A stretch of 64,000 nucleotides of DNA from Lama guanicoe (GCA_013239625.1 MU057344.1:9150727-9214726); one strand, 5' to 3'; numbered from the stretch's first letter, positions 50,125 to 62,900 are shown. Numbers and translations are program-made. Notes: generated by a model from the letters alone, not told the origin.

Positions 50125-50335
50125 AGCTAGTTCACCCTCGCTTGTATGTCCCAGGCATAGTCCTCAGCGCCTTAAATGTATTAACGCAATGAATTCTCAC
50201 ATTATCCCCATGGTAGGTACCGTTTTCATCTCCATTTCATGGATAAGGAAACGGAAGCCCAGAGAGGACGAGTTCCTTGGCCCTGGGAACACAGCTGGTG
50301 AACGGCAGAGCCAGGACTCTGACCCGAGCTCATCG
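50125..50335 (-). mobile_element. MIR
   Basis: atctccatttcatggataaggaaacggaagcccagagagg. Confidence 0.75.
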
Positions 50336-50547
50336 TCACCAGCGACGTGTGTGTGTTGATCAGTGTTTGACGTCACGACTGCTCGCATATCTGGGAAGCA
50401 TGATGCTGTGTATGCTTTTCTGATCTTACGCGAAGCCTTTTATCCTGACGGTGCTGTTGTAACCATTGCAGTGGAGCCCCGTTATGTGTCTCCAAAACAA
50501 GAAGTTTATTTGAAGAGAGATACTGGGAAAGGATACGGTTTCTTTTT

Positions 50548-50808
50548 ATTTTTCAATAAACATTTTATTTTGGAATAATTTTAGGCTCACAGAAAAGTTG
50601 CAGAGCTAGTACAGAGAGTCCTCGTGCAGCGTTCACCCCGCGTCCTCTCGCGCCGTCTTGCACGATGGCGGTACTTCGTCACGACTAAGCAAGCAGCACG
50701 GGTACAGCACTATGAAGTAAACTCGAGGCTTTAGTTGGATTTCACCAGTTTTTCCATCGGCGTACTCTTTCTGCTCTGGGGTCCCATCTCAACCCCCAAT
50801 AGCATTTT
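50548..50808 (-). mobile_element. L1MC4-like 3' end, unusually CpG-rich
   Basis: ttttattttggaataattttaggctcacagaaaagttgca ... ggatttcaccagtttttcc. Confidence 0.75.
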
Positions 50809-51196
50809 TTTAAATTAAACACCCAGGGAGCCCTGCAGGGTCCGGCGTGCCGTAAGTGCTCCTTCATTCACTCTTCTGACAGACGCTCACTGAACGCTGC
50901 TTTGTCCTGACTCAGCTCCCAGTGCTGAGGCACCTGAACAGACCCAAATCTTGCCCTCCCACGGCTGACATGCTGATGGTTTGTTTAAAGACCCTTTGAG
51001 TGATGGGAGCGATGGCTAGTTATTCACTGAGCGCTCGCTGTGCGGCAGGCTCATTTGAAGGATGTTGTGACCCAGGGAGGTGACTGGTGTTCAGAGAGGT
51101 CACTTTTGCAAGTCACACACCTGGTTGGAGAAAGATGAGCCCTTCTATGCCGGGCCTGCCTGCCTGCAAGGCCAATGCCCTGAACCACTGCTTGGT

Positions 51197-51223
51197 AATG
51201 AATGAATGAATGAATGAATGAAT
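51197..51223. repeat. (AATG)n tetranucleotide microsatellite
   Basis: aatgaatgaatgaatgaatgaatgaat. Confidence 0.9.
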
Positions 51224-52094
51224 CCTTACGGGATGCAGTCTGAGGCCAAAAATGTGTTGCCTGCCCAGAGGGAGATAGTCTCAGGTCAAAAGAAGGAAAA
51301 TGAAATTACCAAGAATATCCAGCCCTTGTCTTTGGCTACGTGGACAGAGCCTACACCAATCCTTTTAAATGATGTAGGCATTTCTCTGTGCAGCTGCGCA
51401 GAAGGTAAGATGCAGCGGTAAATGATCGCTAGACTCACAGAAGCGTAGTTGTGTGTGTGAGCGGAGCCACCATCTGGAGACTCCAATTTTGAAGGAAGCT
51501 CCCAAAAAAGGGCTGCCTAGACATGGTGGTGGGAAAGAGAAGTCTGCATCTCAGCTAGTGGCAAGTCATTACTTATAAACTTCATATCAATTGTGCTTTT
51601 ACCAAAGTCCATGACATTCCTGTGTGTTGGGTAAGTGAGCAAGGGGGTGCACCCAGCTGGGAAAACCTCCCTGCATGGATACTGGGAGGAGAACCTGTTT
51701 TTCTCTCTAAATCCTACCCCCCGGTCATCCCAGACTCTCATGGCCTGTCCAGGTCCGCAGCTTTGTGTGACTGTGCCTTTTTTCTTTTTGCTGTTTCCTT
51801 CTCTCTCTCTCTTTTTTTCTCTTTTGAAACCCTTTCAATCCTCTAAGACCTGATGTTGGAAGGAGTTACTTTCACCACTGGGCTCCCAGACATTATCTTC
51901 AGTCCTTGAGTAAGACTCACTCACGCCTCGTGTTGTGTTCACTCAGCGATCTCCTCTGAGCGACTGAAAGCTCCTTGAACGTGAAAGCTGGGTCTTACTC
52001 ATCAGTCTTGCCCCATAGCCCAGCCCAGGGCTGATCTTAGCAAATGTTCAAGGACTGTTTTCACTTTGAGATGAAATGGAATTGAATTGGTATA

Positions 52095-52300
52095 ATAATC
52101 ATCCTTCAGTACTTGCATAGGTTAAGCATTTTATATATTATGTTTTTTATTCCTCCCAACAAGTTGAACTATTTTAGTTCTCATTTTCCGATGCAGAAAG
52201 TGAGGCTTAGACGGTGCAAGAGCCTTGTGCAAGGTGCCAGAGCTAGCAAGAATAGAAACAGGGCTTTCAAACCCAGCCAATCTGGCAACAGAGCCTGCGC
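52095..52300 (-). mobile_element. MIR
   Basis: ctcattttccgatgcagaaagtgaggcttagacgg. Confidence 0.7.
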
Positions 52301-52569
52301 TGTTCTGTGCTGCCACCAGTCTACTCAGGAGAACTTACTGGACCTTATCCAAGAACCTTGCCTTTGGGGATGTCATTCTATGGCTCAGATCTGTGGAGGG
52401 GAGGTGTGAACAGGTTGAGGAGCGTGTGCACTGATCTTCAGTTCCTTGCTGGGAAGTTGCGTTTCCAGCAGAGAGTACTAGCTGGTTTATGAACCCCAAG
52501 CATATGTGTAGTTGCACCTTGAATGCAGAAAACCTAAGATATAAATACCAGAGTTTACAGCATGGGATA

Positions 52570-52755
52570 GTAGATGAAGTATGAAGTTTGGAGTTAGGGC
52601 TGAATTTAATAGCTGACCAGCTGACCATGACACGACTGACTGTTGCTTTGGGCAAGCCACTTCACGTCTCAGAGCCTCAGATGCCCCACGTCTAGAATGG
52701 GGATAATTACTTATACATCCTTCTCAAAGTTGTGAAGGTTAAATAAGATACACAT
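52570..52755 (+). mobile_element. MIR
   Basis: tttgggcaagccacttcacgtctcagagcctcag ... aatggggataat. Confidence 0.7.
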
Positions 52756-53399
52756 ATGTATATATATTATGTATTTTACATTATTCTAGCTTTTTGATAA
52801 TGTGCACATCTCAGATAATTTTCAGAGAATTACAACCTATAAAAAAGAATCAGTGACAATTCTACAATTGAAAAATACTGTGAGTCAAGTGAACTCAATA
52901 TGCGGGTTAGACACAGCAGAAGAGAAGATTAGTGACTCAAAAGATGATCAGAATAAACATGCAGTGCCTTGTATGTGATGGGAATTGAAAAAATTTTAGC
53001 TGCTATTCTTAATGGGGGATTATTTGGATTCAACTTTTAAAAAATTTGCAGAATGAATGGTTACAAAGATTCCTGATGGACTTCATCTGAAATATCTGAT
53101 TAATATGATTTTTACTTACACCCCAAAGGTCTGAGATGCAGCTGTGATGTTAAGTGGGAAAATCTGCACGGTCAGCCGCTCCTACATAGGGAGGCCTGGG
53201 CTCTCTCAAACCTGCTCACATGCTCTTTCAAACACCCCTACCCTTTCATCAAACATTTACTGAGTGTCTACTGTGTGCTGGAGATGAGTAGGGCACAGCT
53301 TAGGACACTAAGATTCATGTTTAGGTTAGACTAGCTCCTCTCTGCTCAGCCCTAATACCAGCAGCCCCAGACCTTGCCGAGGCAAGTCAGGGGCAGTGG

Positions 53400-56300
53400 T
53401 TGTTCGGCAAGTGCCTAGGTAGAAAAGCGAATGGGACTTGTGGTTTCTTTCCCAGGAAGCTGCTTCTCCTGGGGGCTCTGTGTTCTGGAGTTTTGGCAGC
53501 AAATGGAACTTCAGAATGAGCACAGCTGTGTTTCAGATTTTCTTTCCAGTAGTGCAAAAGAAACTTGTTGCAGACAAATGTTCCCCCTGAGAACAAACAG
53601 AACAACTGGCCCCAGATAAAAACAAAGCCCACCACCATCACCAGCAGCACAAACAACCAAACTTCTGCATTTGAGAGCATTAAAGAGCTACCAAAGCAGC
53701 TAGAACTTAGAGAATCAAGGTCCTGGAAAGGGGAGAAACCCAGTGGTGTTAGTCCAATGTTCTGCTGTGTCTCCCTCCTAAAGGTATTGGACAATTTCAT
53801 GAAGCTGAGAGGGCAAGAAGTTGAGCAGAAACCAATGGTCAAAAGGCTGGTAGACCAAGCAGGAATTCTGGAAGTCTCATGGATCTGGGAGACAAATGTT
53901 GAAATCTGGGTCTGCCAAGGAAGAGGGTCTCTGGTAAACACTCATATATCCAGTTAGTGTCCTGGAGTGGTGATATTTTAGGAGCAAGAGTAAATTTATA
54001 ATAGAGCAGCCGTCAGGAAAGATTGAAGCCTGGCTTCAAATTCCTCAGTCGTCAATGGAATTCAGGTGATTTGCCACTACTTTACCCCAAAGCAAAGCAG
54101 ATCCTTTCTCAGAAGAAGCTGTACTTCCCCTGGGCCTCAAATTGTCTTCATTTTGTTTCATACACGATATTTTGCATTCAATAAAAAAATTTCAGGCATG
54201 CTAGGAAACAGGAACAAATGACCAGAATCCAAAACAAAGACTTGTTATTTAGGGCTGAGAGACTTAAATATAAGACAAGACACGATGAACCTCCTAGAAG
54301 AAAACATAGGCAAAACATTCTCTGACATAAATGTTAGCAACATTCTCCTACAGCAGTCTACTCAGGCAATGGAAATAAAAGCAAAAATAAACAAATGGGA
54401 CCTAATTAAACTCTCAAGCTTTTGCACAGCATAGGAAACCACAAGCAAAACAAAATGACAACCTATGGAATAGGAGAAAATATTTGCAAATGATGCAACC
54501 AACAAAGGCTTAATTTCCAGAATATATAAACAGCTTGTACAACTTAATAACAAAATAATAAACAACCCAATCCAAAAATGGGTAGAAGACCTANNNNNNN
54601 NNNNNNNNNNNNNNNNNNNNNNNNNNNNNNNNNNNNNNNNNNNNNNNNNNNNNNNNNNNNNNNNNNNNNNNNNNNNNNNNNNNNNNNNNNNNNNNNNNNN
54701 NNNNNNNNNNNNNNNNNNNNNNNNNNNNNNNNNNNNNTCCATGAATGATAAATGCTGGAGAGGCTGTGGAGAAAAGGGAACCCTCCTATGCTGCTNNNNN
54801 NNNNNNNNNNNNNNNNNNNNNNNNNNNNNNNNNNNNNNNNNNNNNNNNNNNNNNNNNNNNNNNNNNNNNNNNNNNNNNNNNNNNNNNNNNNNNNNNNNNN
54901 NNNNNNNNNNNNNNNNNNNNNNNNNAAAGATACATGCACCTCAATGTTCGNNNNNNNNNNNNNNNNNNNNNNNNNNNNNNNNNNNNNNNNNNNNNNNNNN
55001 NNNNNNNNNNNNNNNNNNNNNNNNNNNNNNNNNNNNNNNNNNNNNNNNNNNNNNNNNNNNNNNNNNNNNNNNNNNNNNNNNNNNNNNNNNNNNNNNNNNN
55101 NNNNNNNNNNNNNNNNNNNNNNNNAAGTAAGCCAAAAAGAGAAAGAAAAATACCATATTATATCACTCATATGTGGAATATAATAAAAAAAAAGGACACT
55201 ATGAACTCATCTACAGAACAGAAACAGACTCACAGACTTAGTAAACAATCTTATGGCTACTGGGGACATGGGGTGGGAAGGGATAAATTTGGGAGTTTGA
55301 GATTTACAAATGTTAGCCACTATATATAGAAATAGATTTTTAAAAAATTTCTTTTGTATAGCACAAGAACTATGTTCAGTATCTTGTAATAACCTTTAAT
55401 GAAAAAGAATATGAAAACGAATATATGTATATATATATATGCATGACTGGGACATTGTGCTGTACACCAGAAATTGACACATTATAATTGAAGTGCTTCA
55501 ATAAAAAGGAAAGAAAAGAAAAGATGTTATTTAGACATGGACTTTAAAGTAACTGTGATTAATATGCCTAATAAAATAAAAGTTGGAGAATTTTATCAGA
55601 GAACTGGAGTCTATTTTAAAAAGTCAAATGACAACTCTGGAACTATAAACTCTAGAAACTCTAAACTCTAAACTGTAGAAAAATACTTCAGCTGAAATTA
55701 ATATATGGGTTTAACAACAGATTAGACACAGCGTAAAAGATTAGTGACCTGGAGGATCAATAGATAATACACGCACTGAAGCATAAAGAGAAAACTGATG
55801 GAAAATACAGAAGAGTGTAGGAAGCATATGGGACATGGTGAAAAGATCTAAAATCTGTAATTTAAATCTTGAAATGAGAAGAGAGAGGCAATGGAGCAGA
55901 AGCTGTATTTGAATAGATATCAGCCAAGAATTTTCCAAACTGGTGAACAATATCAAGCTGCAGACCCAAGAAGTTCTATAAATCCCAAGCAAAGTAAACA
56001 GACTACTCTAGATGCTTTATTATAAAACTAAAGAAAGACTAAGAGGAAATCAGAGTCTTCAAATGAGCAACAGGATTAACAGCTGACTTCCCTAAAGATG
56101 TGATGAAAGCCAGAAGACGATGGAACATCATCTTTAAAGCACAGAAGGAAAATAATAGCTATTTAGAGCTCCATATCAGAAAATAACCTTACAACACAAC
56201 AGTGAAATAAAGCTGTTCTCAGACAAACAAAAATCTAGAGAATTTGTTGCCAGCAGACCATACTAAAAGGCATACTAACGAAGAGAGTTTTCAGGCAGAA

Positions 56301-58010
56301 GAAACATAATCCCAGAAAGGAGAGCAGACATGCAGGAAGCGATGAAGAGCACTACAAAGGGAAATTATGGGTAAATCTAAAAATATGCTGATTTTATAAA
56401 ATAATATATGCAAACATAAACAGTCCAATCATAAAAGAGGCCCATGTGGTATATAGAAGAAGATATACAAATAGCTAATCACATGAGACATTCAGCATCA
56501 TTAGTCCTTAGAGAAACACAAATTAAAATTACAATGAGATACTATTTCACAATCACAAGAATGGCTTTAACAAATAACACAGATGACAACGAATGTCAAC
56601 AAGGATCTGGAGAAATGAGAACTTTTATACATTGCTGGTCAGAATGTAAATTGGTACGGCCATTCTAGAAAATAGTTTGGCAGTTTTGCAAAAAGTTAAA
56701 GATGAAACTATAATATGACTCAATAGTTTCATTTCTATGTATCTGCCCAAGAGAAATGAAAACAAATGACCACATGAAGACTTTTATGGGGATGTTTATA
56801 GCAGCATTGTTCATAACAGACGAAAAGTGCAGGTGACATAAATGTCCATCAGCTGGTGAATGGATAGACAAAATGTGGTGTGTCACACATGGAATACTAC
56901 TCAGCAATAAAAAAGAGTGAACTATTGTCACATGCTGTATCATGGATGATCCTCAAAAACATTATGCTAAAAGAAGCCAGACACAAGAGCCTACACATTG
57001 TGATTCTGTTTATATGAAATGTCCAGAAAAGGTAGGTTCATAGAGATAGAAAGGAGACTAGTGGTTGCCTAGGGCTAGGACTAGGAGTAAGGATTAACTA
57101 TAAATGGACACAGAGGATTTTATTGGGGGGGGAATGAAATGCTCTAAAACTAATTTATGGTGATGGTTGCACCACTTGGAAAAATTTACTAAAAATCATT
57201 GAATTGTCAATTGGTAAAATTTAAAATATGTAAGGTATACCTCAATAAAGTTGTTTAAGATATATATAAAGTTGAAATACATAACCATGATTACACAAAA
57301 GATGCTGAGGTCAAAGGGAGTTAGTGTTATAAGCATCTTGAATTGTCCAAAAAGGGGTAAAAGCAATAATTTATATTAGACTCTGATGAGTCAAGGATGC
57401 ATGTCATTATATCTATGGTAAAGACTAACAGAAGTGAAATGTAACTAAAAAGCTAATAGAGGAATAAATACAATAAAAAATACTTGATTAATCAAAAAGA
57501 AGGCAGGAAAAGATAAAATAAACAACATAAACAGTTTGACAAATAGAAAACAAATAGAAATAGAAAGATAGTTGATTTAAACCCAGATATATTAATATCT
57601 GTAATTATATATGTAAATAGATAAGATATTCCAATTAACAAAAAAAGAAAATACAATGCTGTGCTCTTACAAAAGATATGTTTTATATATAAGGTACAGA
57701 AAGATTTACAGTAAGAGAATAGAAAAGGATATGCCATGCAAATGCTAACCAAAAGCAAGGTGGTGTCATTTTGTTCATATAAGATCATGTAGCTTTTGAG
57801 ACATAAGACATTACTAAATATAAGGAGAAACATTTCATAATAATAGCAAAGACAGGCTCAATCTTCCTGAAAAAAGGAAAATCGGAAAGATAGAAATAAA
57901 ACAATTCACATGCACCTACTAACATCGCCTCCTAGTAGATACAGCAATACATGATTGAACTAAAAGCATATTCACAATCATAGTGATAGTTTTTTTAAAC
58001 ACAACTGTGT
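53400..58010 (+). mobile_element. Old L1M 5'/ORF1/ORF2-start region with nested L1 insertions (young L1 at 54253-55520, L1MB 3' end at ~56420-57260)
   Basis: A-rich. ORF1-like gaattttccaaactggtgaac, gaaagccagaagacgatggaac and aaacaaaaatctagagaatttg. L1MB 3' UTR ends ctcaataaagttgtt near 57250. Confidence 0.72.
54253..55520 (+). mobile_element. Young lineage-specific 5'-truncated L1 (ORF2 3' part and 3' UTR), partly N
   Basis: ctcctagaagaaaacataggcaaaacattctc, gcaaaaataaacaaatgggacctaattaaact, and a 3' UTR like the 34919 copy. TSD-like tgttatttag at 54243-54252 and 55525-55534. Confidence 0.9.
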
Positions 58011-58065
58011 CTCAGGATGATTGTTTTAAAAAACATTTACCCTCAATGATGTATTCTATGAGTGA

Positions 58066-58122
58066 ATGTGTGTCTGTGTGTGTGTGTTTGTGAGAGATTG
58101 ATTGATTGACCGATTGACTGAT
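58066..58122. repeat. Compound (TG)n/(GATT)n microsatellite
   Basis: atgtgtgtctgtgtgtgtgtgtttgtgagagattgattgattgaccgattgactgat. Confidence 0.8.
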
Positions 58123-58654
58123 TTTATGGACCCGGTGGGTGGAGCCAGCTGGGATATTGGGAACTAGATGGCTAATGCTCATTCTGGCAAGGGCCACCTG
58201 AGTTGGAGAAGGAGGTGGTGATGTGGTCCACAGACATTGGTGATGGTTCCTGGGCTTGCTTTGGCCCCCTCTCTGCGGGGTCCCCCATATCTCACTCCTG
58301 GGGGACACAGTGACAGGACTTGGTGTTTCCATGGAAGGCCTTGCTCCAGCAGCAGGAGGGGCCAGCCAGATGGCAGTGGACAGACCGTCTGGGCCCCTGA
58401 GTCCTTGGGGAAAGTCACTCAGACCGATAAACTGTACTATTTTAAAATAAATCCAGAGTTAGCCTTTCTGTATTCTTTCCCTGATCAGCAATTTCTGGTG
58501 CTTTTCTATCAAGAAGAACATTCTTTTGGCTAACCTGAATCCCTCACGTCATGATTTAAGTGCCTTTAATCTGCTTACCGCAGTCTTGTTGATAGAAGAG
58601 AACTCTCACAGAGCTTTGAAAATAAGATTTTTATTTCCTTCATCATAAAAATGC

Positions 58655-58850
58655 AGAATGGAGTAGTGAAGAGTCCAGATTCCAAAATAGGGTGCTCCTC
58701 CTGTTGGCTGCGTGACCTTGGACAAGTGACCTCTCCTTTTCCGCGTGCATAAAATGGGGATGAAATGAGCAGTTCTGAGGATTGAGAGAGATGGTGAACA
58801 CAGGTGTGCCGGTGTAGCGATCCATGGCAGCGCTTACGCAGGTACTCACT
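58655..58850 (+). mobile_element. MIR
   Basis: ggctgcgtgaccttggacaagtgacc ... taaaatggggatga. Confidence 0.7.
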
Positions 58851-59125
58851 GCAGAAAGTTGGAATTGTTCACTTATCCCTCCAGTACCGAGGATAATCGT
58901 TGGCATCTGGTAGGTGCTTATTAAATAGCTGTGGCATCAATTTTCCAAACGGCCCATGATCTCTGCCTCTGTGCCCCATGGTACACGTCAAAGCTCCTAA
59001 CTGGACAAGGTTTTATACCCCTGAAGGTCATGTAACACTTCCTCCAGCTGTCTTTGTCCATAACCCTGTCTGCTAGGGCTTAACTGGCCCCTGCTAAACT
59101 CATCTGGTTTTTTAAAATCAGGTTG

Positions 59126-59594
59126 TGTATTAGTTTCCTAGAGTTGCTGTAACGAATTACCACCAACTGGGTGGCTTAACACAACTGAAATTTCTTCTCT
59201 CATAGTTCTGGAGGCTGGAAGTCCAAAATCAAGGTGTTACATGGGCCATGCTCCCTTCGGAGGCTCCAGGGAAGACTCTGTCCTTGGCCTCCTCGGGTCT
59301 TGGTGGCTCCAGGTGTTTCTTAGCTTGTGGCTGCATCATTCCAACCTCTGCCTCTGTGGTCCCATCACCTCTTTCTCTTCTGTGTGCACGTGTCAGGAGC
59401 CCCTCTGCCTCTCGTAAGGACACTTGTGATAATACCGATCACTTACCTAGGTCTTCCAGGATAATCTCCCACATCTTGAGATCCCGAACTTAATTATACC
59501 CGCAAAGACCTCTATCTCCCATATCAGGTCACCTTCACAGGTTCCAGGGACGAAGAACTGATGTCTTTGGGTGGCCCTTACTCAGCCTCCTACA
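59126..59594 (-). mobile_element. MaLR solo LTR (MLT1C-like)
   Basis: tgtattagtttcctagagttgctgtaac ... gttctggaggctggaagtccaaaatcaaggtgt ... taaggacacttgtgat ... ctaca. Confidence 0.88.
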
Positions 59595-60413
59595 GGCAGG
59601 GACTAGAAAGACCGAAGGACTGAAAGCCACCTGCCTGGGGAGGGAGGGCAGCTGGAGCATTTCCTGCAAGATGGAACCTTCCTGTGCTGAAATCCAGTCT
59701 TGACTTCTCAAGCCTTTCCCGTCAAACCCCTCTGCTGCCTTTGACATCATAGACTATTTCTTCTTTCTGGAAACAGTCTCTTTCCTGTTTCAGGGATACT
59801 GCCCATGGTCTCCTGGTTTCCCTTCTACATGTCTGGAGGGGTCTTCTCAGAATCTCTGCTGGTCCCTGTTCATTAGGCTGCCATTTTTGGAAATGAAGGT
59901 GTGGCTCAAGGTCCTGCCCAAGGCCCTTTCACATCTCACAGGTGGAAAAATGGAGGCTTAGGGAGCTGAGGGTCTTGCCCAAGATCACTCAAGTAGCAAG
60001 AGGCAAAACCATGATGGGACTTGATGTGTGTGACTCAGATGCCCCAGCTCTTTTATGTTACGTGGGCTGCTTCTCTGGTTTAATGTGTCCCAGCACCTAG
60101 CATGCGTGTACTAGGTGTTCAGTAAATATTTCAGTAAGTGCGGAGTAGGACAGAATGCAAACCCAGCTCTTCTGGATCTAATCTATTATTCATTCCAACC
60201 AACATTTTGGTAAGGACATCATTTTTCTTCCCCCTCCCCCCAGAGGGAGTAGCTGTCCCAGAAATTGCAGTTCCTCTCAGATTTTTATTTTCAGCAGCTC
60301 TAATTTTTTATGTTCAGGGACCACACTTAATTTATCACGAAACATCTGCCTGCACAAAATGCCGTTTTGTTCCTGAATCATTCCCGAGAACGCCCTGTGA
60401 GCTCTTGTGCTTG

Positions 60414-61017
60414 GAGACACAGCTTCCGCAGGAGCCCCGGGCCAGCAGGAGTACCTCCTGTTTCAGTGGCAGCGGGAGAGATTCAAGGACAACTTGCTTT
60501 GAAAATGATGCCTAATTAGATCACTCAGGGCTTAAAAAAAAAAAAAAGATAAGCCTTGGAGTGTCAGGCAGCGGTCCTCATCAAACATTTAATAGCCTCT
60601 GCATGGCTTTTCATCCCCGTGTTGGAGGGGGCTTTGGGGGGTGGGGTTTTCCCCGAGCCTTTGCGTGGGGTTCCATAGCGATAACCCCGGTCGCCCACAC
60701 TTACTGAGCCCTTTCCAGAGACACAGCCAGGAGCCCCGGGCCAGCAGGAGTACCTCCTGTTTCAGTGGCAGCGGGAGAGATTCAAGGACAACTTGCTTTG
60801 AAAATGATGCCTAATTAGATCACTCAGGGCTTAAAAAAAAAAAAAAAGATAAGCCTTGGAGTGTCAGGCAGCGGTCCTCATCAAACATTTAATAGCCTCT
60901 GCATGGCTTTTCATCCCCGTGTTGGAGGGGGCTTTGGGGGGTGGGGTTTTCCCCGAGCCTTTGCGTGGGGTTCCACAGCGATAACCCCGGTCGCCCACAC
61001 TTACTGAGCCCTTTCCC
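60414..61017 (+). repeat. Head-to-tail tandem duplication, 2 x ~300 bp
   Basis: 60414-60717 and 60718-61017 are identical except a 5-bp indel (ttccg), A14 vs A15, one T/C substitution and a 1-nt difference at the unit end. Confidence 0.97.
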
Positions 61018-61230
61018 ACGACAGGCAGGGTGCTAAGTCTCCTTGAACTTAACCGCATTCCAACTTCACAGTGTCCTGCGAGGCATGGGCTGTTACCGTC
61101 CCACCTCTGCAGGGAAGGACTCCCGGTCACCCAGGAGCTGACTGGCCCAGGCTGACCCAGTCGGTAGGTGGGAAAAGGATCTAGACCCAGATAGGCTGAC
61201 CCCAGCGTCCCCATTCTCAGCCTCCAGCCT
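61000..61230 (-). mobile_element. MIR, diverged
   Basis: cacacttactgagccctt ... aggatctagacccagataggctgaccccag. Confidence 0.6.
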
Positions 61231-62569
61231 CTGAGGTCAAAGGCAGTCAGGGAGCTACTGCCCAAAACGCAGCCAAGATGACGCTCGGTTGCAGGTTCGA
61301 GAGAATTCCTCCTGCAGCTGTTCACTGCAGGACTGGCTTGATATTGGGACGGTCTTCCTGGCTGCGATTTTGAGGCACCGGGACCAGGTAAGGCCTGAAA
61401 GCCTTTGCACGGCCCGCAGGGACCTTGCTGACCTCATCCCTGACTTGCTTTTCAGCCCCGTTTGCACCTCTCCTCCCCCTCCTACCCTGTGGCTGAGCTC
61501 CTGACATGCCATCTCTCCCAGGCCTTGGGTTTCCCATGTGCCTTGTTGGGGCTGCCCTTCCTCCATCCTAGGGCTGAGTTAGGATTCAAGACCTTCTCCG
61601 CGCCCTTCCAGTGCCTTTGCACAATGCCATCACGATATCCTTTCCGCCCTCCGGATCTCCTGGCCAGGTCAGTGCCCTCCAGAGTCACCTCTCTGGGATT
61701 TGATTGTCTCTCCCATCAGACTGTAAGCTCCATGAGGCCAGGGACTGTGTCTGGTTTTGATCTTCTCTTCCTCCCCCGTCCCCACTCCTCCTTCTTCAAT
61801 AGTAAATCCCCAGGCTTCAGCACACTGCCTGGCACAAAGTTCAAGTTCCAGGTATCTTTTTGAACGAGTGAACTGTCTACTTTCTTGCTGGTTTCCTCAG
61901 TAGACTGGCAGGAAGTAGCTGGCACGTTCAAATGGGGTTATTGGTGCTACTAAAGATACAGTTTGCAAAGGTGGGGGCAGGATGGCAGGAAAGCCCACGG
62001 GCTAGTGCCCACGGGGAGGCACTATAGCCCCCAGGCCTGAGCTGGCCGGGGAGGGAGGGGCTGCCTGGTGGGAGCGGGGGCTGGCCGACTGCCACCTGCA
62101 GGAGAGAGCAGAGGAGTGGGGCCCCTACTTCACCCATCTTTTGTTCTCTGCCCTCCTGACTCGCTTCACATTGGCTGAGCCCCGACGCAGCCATAGGACA
62201 AGGGGACTCCCTGATGTCGTTGGCACAGGCCTACGTCCTGGGGCCCATCCAGAACTGTGGGTTAAGTGGATGTGGGAAGGAATGAATGGCCCTCCCAAGG
62301 GATGCAACAGTGTCACAGTTCCCTGGGAAGTGACAATGAAGGAGAAGGTAGCACCGAACGTTGCTGGTCTTATTGGGAAGGGACCTTGTCTGGGGGCCGA
62401 AGGAGTTCTCTTAGTTTCAGCCTTTGATGCTAACACCCAGCCCTGCTTTACCCTAACATACTGCATTAGCAGGTAATAAACCAGCTTTGTTGAGCGGAGA
62501 GGAGGGAACATGGTGGTGTGGACAGGTCAGCCCCATCTGAGCATGCATCCTGGGTCCAGGAGAGGCAGG

Positions 62570-62738
62570 CTTGCACAGTGGTTATGGGACCTGGAGCTAG
62601 GTGGCTCGGATTCACATCCCCAGCCTGCCACTTCACAGCTGTGTGCCTTGACTTTTCCATCTGTGAAATGGGCATAATATGTGAGGTGGGATGAGCTAAT
62701 ACATACGAAGCACTTAGAAACATGCCTGGCACGTAACC
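62570..62738 (+). mobile_element. MIR
   Basis: cacagtggttatgggacctggagc ... ccatctgtgaaatgggcataat ... aagcacttagaaacatgcctggcacgta. Confidence 0.8.
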
Positions 62739-62741
62739 TAG

Positions 62742-62900
62742 TCAGATGACCACACTTCCTGGCGAGCTTGGGACAGCCCCAAAATATGCCTGTTATCCTG
62801 GACTAATGATTGTATTAATTATGCAATTAGCTATTAATCATAGTAACAGCTATCTCTTCACTCTCAAAGGGGATCTGATTTGATAATTCACATGACCTCA
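62742..62900. mobile_element. MER94-like relic with internal AT-rich segment
   Basis: gatgaccacacttcctgg ... tgggacagcccc ... tatgcctgttatcctgg ... ttcactctcaaagg. Confidence 0.55.

Noticed and set aside
53387-55329. 130-208-aa ORFs
   Set aside because: They lie in decayed L1 sequence or span N-runs. There is no intact ORF1 or ORF2.
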